Part shown: positions 61,570-64,000 of the stretch, piece after piece
Layout: every line of letters starts with the position of its first letter
Position numbering within the stretch: the first letter of the stretch is position 1
NCBI RefSeq assembly: GCF_013085545.1
Contig: NZ_CP039543.1
Location: forward strand, 2,633,322-2,697,321
DNA: 64,000 nucleotides
Direction of reading: 5' to 3'
Source: Oceanidesulfovibrio marinus
GTDB lineage: Bacteria; Desulfobacterota; Desulfovibrionia; Desulfovibrionales; Desulfovibrionaceae
Program-made: the position numbers and the translations under genes
Notes under the pieces: generated by a model
Database searches by the model: none
Told to the model about the DNA's origin: nothing
Seen by the model: the letters and a program-made list of their open reading frames with translations, nothing else

Positions 61570-62394
61570 ATGAACACCTTCATCCTGCTGCACGACGCCT
61601 TCCAGGGCGGATGGGCTTGGCAGAGCATTGCACGCTCTCTGCGCAGCCTGGGCTGTCTGGTCTACACCCCCACGTTCTCCGGCTGCGGCGAGCGCAGCCA
61701 CATCCCCGTTACGGACAGCCCCATCCACACCTACCTGGCGGACATCGAGAACCTGGTCAGCTACGAGGCCGTGACCGATGCCGTGCTGGTGTGCAGCGGC
61801 TTTGCCGGCATGCTCGGTCCGGTGCTGGCCACGCGGCTGCAGCCGGCCGTCCGCCGCCTCGTATTTCTGGACGCCGCCGTACCGCAGCCGGGCAAGAGCT
61901 ATCTGGACATTGCGCCGGAACCGATCGCCAGCCTGCTGCGGAGCAACTCCCGCGACGGTGTGGCCGCGCCCTTCATGGCGGGCCTGCCCAGAACGCTGGA
62001 GCAGGAGCACGGCTCCCGGCGCAAGCTCTGCGACTTTCCGCTGCAGGCGTTTACGGAATCGTACACTGGCCCGGAGCCGGACGCCTGGCCCGAGAGCGTC
62101 TTCCTCCACTGCGGCGGGGACTGGGATCCCTTTGCCAGGACCATGCTCGGCAGGGCGGAACGCCTGGGCCTGGATGTGGTGGAAATCGACATGCGCGGCG
62201 TGCCGGTGATGGCGCGCTCCCAGGACATCGCCCGAGAGCTCAAGGCCCTTGCCCCAAAAATACCCGACCGCCAGCGCGGCGCCTGCGGCAACGTGCCCAT
62301 GCCCGAGGAGATGCGCCTGCTCTACTGCCCGCGCCACCGCAAACGCGCGGCCATGAACACAGCGGCGCAGGGCCTCGGCGGCGCGCACTGCTGA
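61570..62394 (+). CDS. Alpha/beta-hydrolase (methylesterase/SABP2-like) paralog 2
   Basis: Start re-assigned to ATG 61570 (MNTFILLHDAFQGGWAWQ). Nucleophile elbow CSGFAGM. Tandem paralog of the preceding gene with a C-terminal extension. Confidence 0.7.
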   Translation: MNTFILLHDAFQGGWAWQSIARSLRSLGCLVYTPTFSGCGERSHIPVTDSPIHTYLADIENLVSYEAVTDAVLVCSGFAGMLGPVLATRLQPAVRRLVFLDAAVPQPGKSYLDIAPEPIASLLRSNSRDGVAAPFMAGLPRTLEQEHGSRRKLCDFPLQAFTESYTGPEPDAWPESVFLHCGGDWDPFARTMLGRAERLGLDVVEIDMRGVPVMARSQDIARELKALAPKIPDRQRGACGNVPMPEEMRLLYCPRHRKRAAMNTAAQGLGGAHC

Positions 62395-62539
62395 CCCCGT
62401 TCCTTTCGTATTGAAGGCGATCCACGTTGCGACCGCGGGACATCGACGTGTATGAGAAGTGATCCGCCGGGATGACGGCGGGATTGCGAAGGGGCACGGG
62501 CGAGTGGGCCGGGCAGGAATCGGGCCCGCGGCTGTTCGG

Positions 62540-62836
62540 CTAGGTGTCGTCCGCAGAGTCGAGGCAGAGCCCGGCCGTATGGCCCAGCACCCGGTAGCGG
62601 AGCAGGCAGTCGACCTCGCCGGTATCGTGCGCCGGAAGCTGGAGGGCCAGCGGCTGCTTTGGAAATTCCGGCGTCCGGGCCACGGCGGCGGCGATGCGCT
62701 CGTGGAGCTCGTCCAGCGCCCTTTCGTCAGGATCGCCCGAGACGCCCCACAGCCTTTGCGCCAGAGCCTCATTCACCAGAAGCGGATGCGCCGGGCTTGC
62801 CGGCAGGCCACCCGCGCCTGCATCGAAGTATCCCAC
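62540..62836 (-). CDS. Hypothetical small protein (possible IS passenger/remnant)
   Basis: 98-aa ORF directly downstream of the IS1595-like transposase on the same strand. No recognisable domain; could be non-coding. Confidence 0.2.
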   Translation of the reverse strand: MGYFDAGAGGLPASPAHPLLVNEALAQRLWGVSGDPDERALDELHERIAAAVARTPEFPKQPLALQLPAHDTGEVDCLLRYRVLGHTAGLCLDSADDT

Positions 62837-62887
62837 ATCAAATCTCCTGTCCGGTATCCCGCGAACCTGCCGTGAACAAGGCCCGCA

Positions 62888-63604
62888 CTACAGCGGCCGC
62901 GCGCTGAGCATCTCCAGGAGTGCAGCTTCCACGTCATCCACGTGGTTGAAGCGGAACTCGCACTCCTTGATGTGCAGCCGGACATGGCCATGCTTGATGC
63001 CGCGGAACTTTTCGAGCCGCAGCCGCGTCGTTTCCAGAAACTCGGCCACCAGAGCGGCAGCCGCCTTGCCGGTTGGCAGTCCGGTGTCCACGGTATGGAG
63101 CGCCAGCTCCCCGCCCCGGACTTCCGAAAAACACTGCCAGCACTTTTCCAGCACCTGCCCCTCGATTCTGAGCTCGCCCGTGAGCAGCGTGGGCAGCACC
63201 TCGGCCTCACGGCCCTTGAATATGTCGACGCAGACACGTCGCTCCCCACGCACCCGGCCGAAAATGAAGGCGCGTCGGGCCTTGCGGGAGCGGGCGCTGT
63301 TGCCCCTGGCGCGGACCATGAAGAAGACGCCTGGAGCCTCGCCATCTGGGGAGATCGCCGGATTGATGGACTCTTCGAGGATACGCTCCCGTAGCCTGCG
63401 CAGATAGGTGTTGACGGTATTACGCGAATAGCCCAGCTCTCCCGCGATACGCGACGCTTCCATGTCCATGGCGTAGAGCCGCAGCAGTTTGGTGAAGGAA
63501 CCCTGAGGCAATTTCGCGTTGCCGACATATTTATTTTTTGGCGCCACGCTATTTTCCTCTCGACCAAAATCCTTGTGAAATTTCTCACGTTGCCCGAGAT
63601 TCAC
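62888..63604 (-). mobile_element. IS1595-family (ISXO2-like) transposase gene, short N-terminus
   Basis: 238 aa. InsB-like HTH (SFTKLLRLYAMDMEASRIAGELGYSRNTVNTYLRRL) and ISXO2-type DDE-domain tail including the family-typical LHIKECEFRFNH motif. Lacks the N-terminal zinc-ribbon of full-length members. Terminal inverted repeats not identified. Confidence 0.55.
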
Positions 63605-63811
63605 CCTCTCTTCTTGTCTTGAGGGGATAGCGTGTCACGTTTTAATGTGTCAACCAGGACATAATGTACATGTATTTTGGTTCGGAGGGGTCCGACCCAT
63701 TGCACATGCGTGTTGCGGGGAGCAGCGTCATGTGGCCGCAACTGTGATGTATAACATATTGATTATACACATGAACCCTGAAATGGAAACATTTTATCAG
63801 GAAGCAGCCTC

Positions 63812-64000
63812 ATGAAATCCATTCCCGTAGAGGAGGCCGTCGGTTCCGTACTCTGCCATGATATCACACAGATCATCCCTGGCGAGTTCAAGGGCCGCGC
63901 CTTCAAGCGAGGACACATTATCCAGGCCGAGGATGTGTCCGCACTGTTGAAGCTCGGCAAAGAGCACATCTACGTGCTCGATCTGGCGGACGGTTACGTC
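63812..64000 (+). CDS. Molybdopterin-binding (MoeA-N-terminal-like) protein, 5' part only
   Basis: ATG 63812 with AGGAAG SD 8 nt upstream. 63 codons to window edge: MKSIPVEEAVGSVLCHDITQIIPGEFKGRAFKRGHIIQAEDVSALLKLGKEHIYVLDLADGYV. Resembles N-termini of MoeA-like/molybdopterin-binding proteins. Confidence 0.4.
   Translation, partial: MKSIPVEEAVGSVLCHDITQIIPGEFKGRAFKRGHIIQAEDVSALLKLGKEHIYVLDLADGYV

Noticed and set aside
62800-63700. Terminal inverted repeats for the IS1595-like element
   Set aside because: Comparison of sequences flanking the transposase ORF gave only a short TATCCC match. Insufficient to define IS ends, so element boundaries are left undefined.

Overview
High-GC (~63%) chromosomal segment that looks like a Desulfovibrio-type sulfate-reducer genome (inference from NuoBCD fusion, 11-subunit-style nuo, TunR-like regulator). 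The ORF track allows alternative start codons, so I re-derived many starts; CDS coordinates include the stop codon.

Content in order:
(1) A split complex I locus. nuoA, a fused nuoBCD and the start of a NuoE-like gene lie on the minus strand. They diverge from cydA-cydB-nuoIJKLMN on the plus strand, so cytochrome bd oxidase is inserted in front of the nuo membrane-arm genes. No nuoH lies between nuoD and nuoI.
(2) A polyol (sorbitol/mannitol/arabinitol-type) catabolic island: ROK regulator, SmoEFGK-like ABC transporter, SDR sorbitol dehydrogenase, long-chain mannitol dehydrogenase, xylulokinase, fructokinase.
(3) A FecB/BtuF-type chelate ABC importer plus an FmdE-family protein.
(4) A tightly overlapping three-gene minus-strand operon of unknown function: signal-peptide-less periplasmic-binding-fold protein, HypB/UreG-like G3E GTPase, and an ABC ATPase with no permease partner.
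(5) PNPOx-like protein, NfeD-flotillin pair, GAF protein co-transcribed with gap, and a TetR-controlled RND efflux pair with a perfect 8-2-8 palindromic operator.
(6) SAM methyltransferase, AI-2E transporter, secreted C69 dipeptidase.
(7) A 2-aminoethylphosphonate catabolic locus: phnX, a class-III aminotransferase-fold gene (PbfA-like by context), phnW. It follows a five-gene Opp/Dpp-type ABC transporter (one ATPase carries an in-frame tandem duplication), a LysR regulator and a divergent alkaline-phosphatase-superfamily enzyme.
(8) TunR-like (integrase-fold plus TOBE) regulator with modB-modA-modC.
(9) trmO, two tandem paralogous alpha/beta hydrolases, an IS1595-family transposase, and the 5' end of a molybdopterin-binding-like gene.

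No rRNA, tRNA or CRISPR array was recognised. Many long antisense ORFs in the track are GC-driven artefacts.
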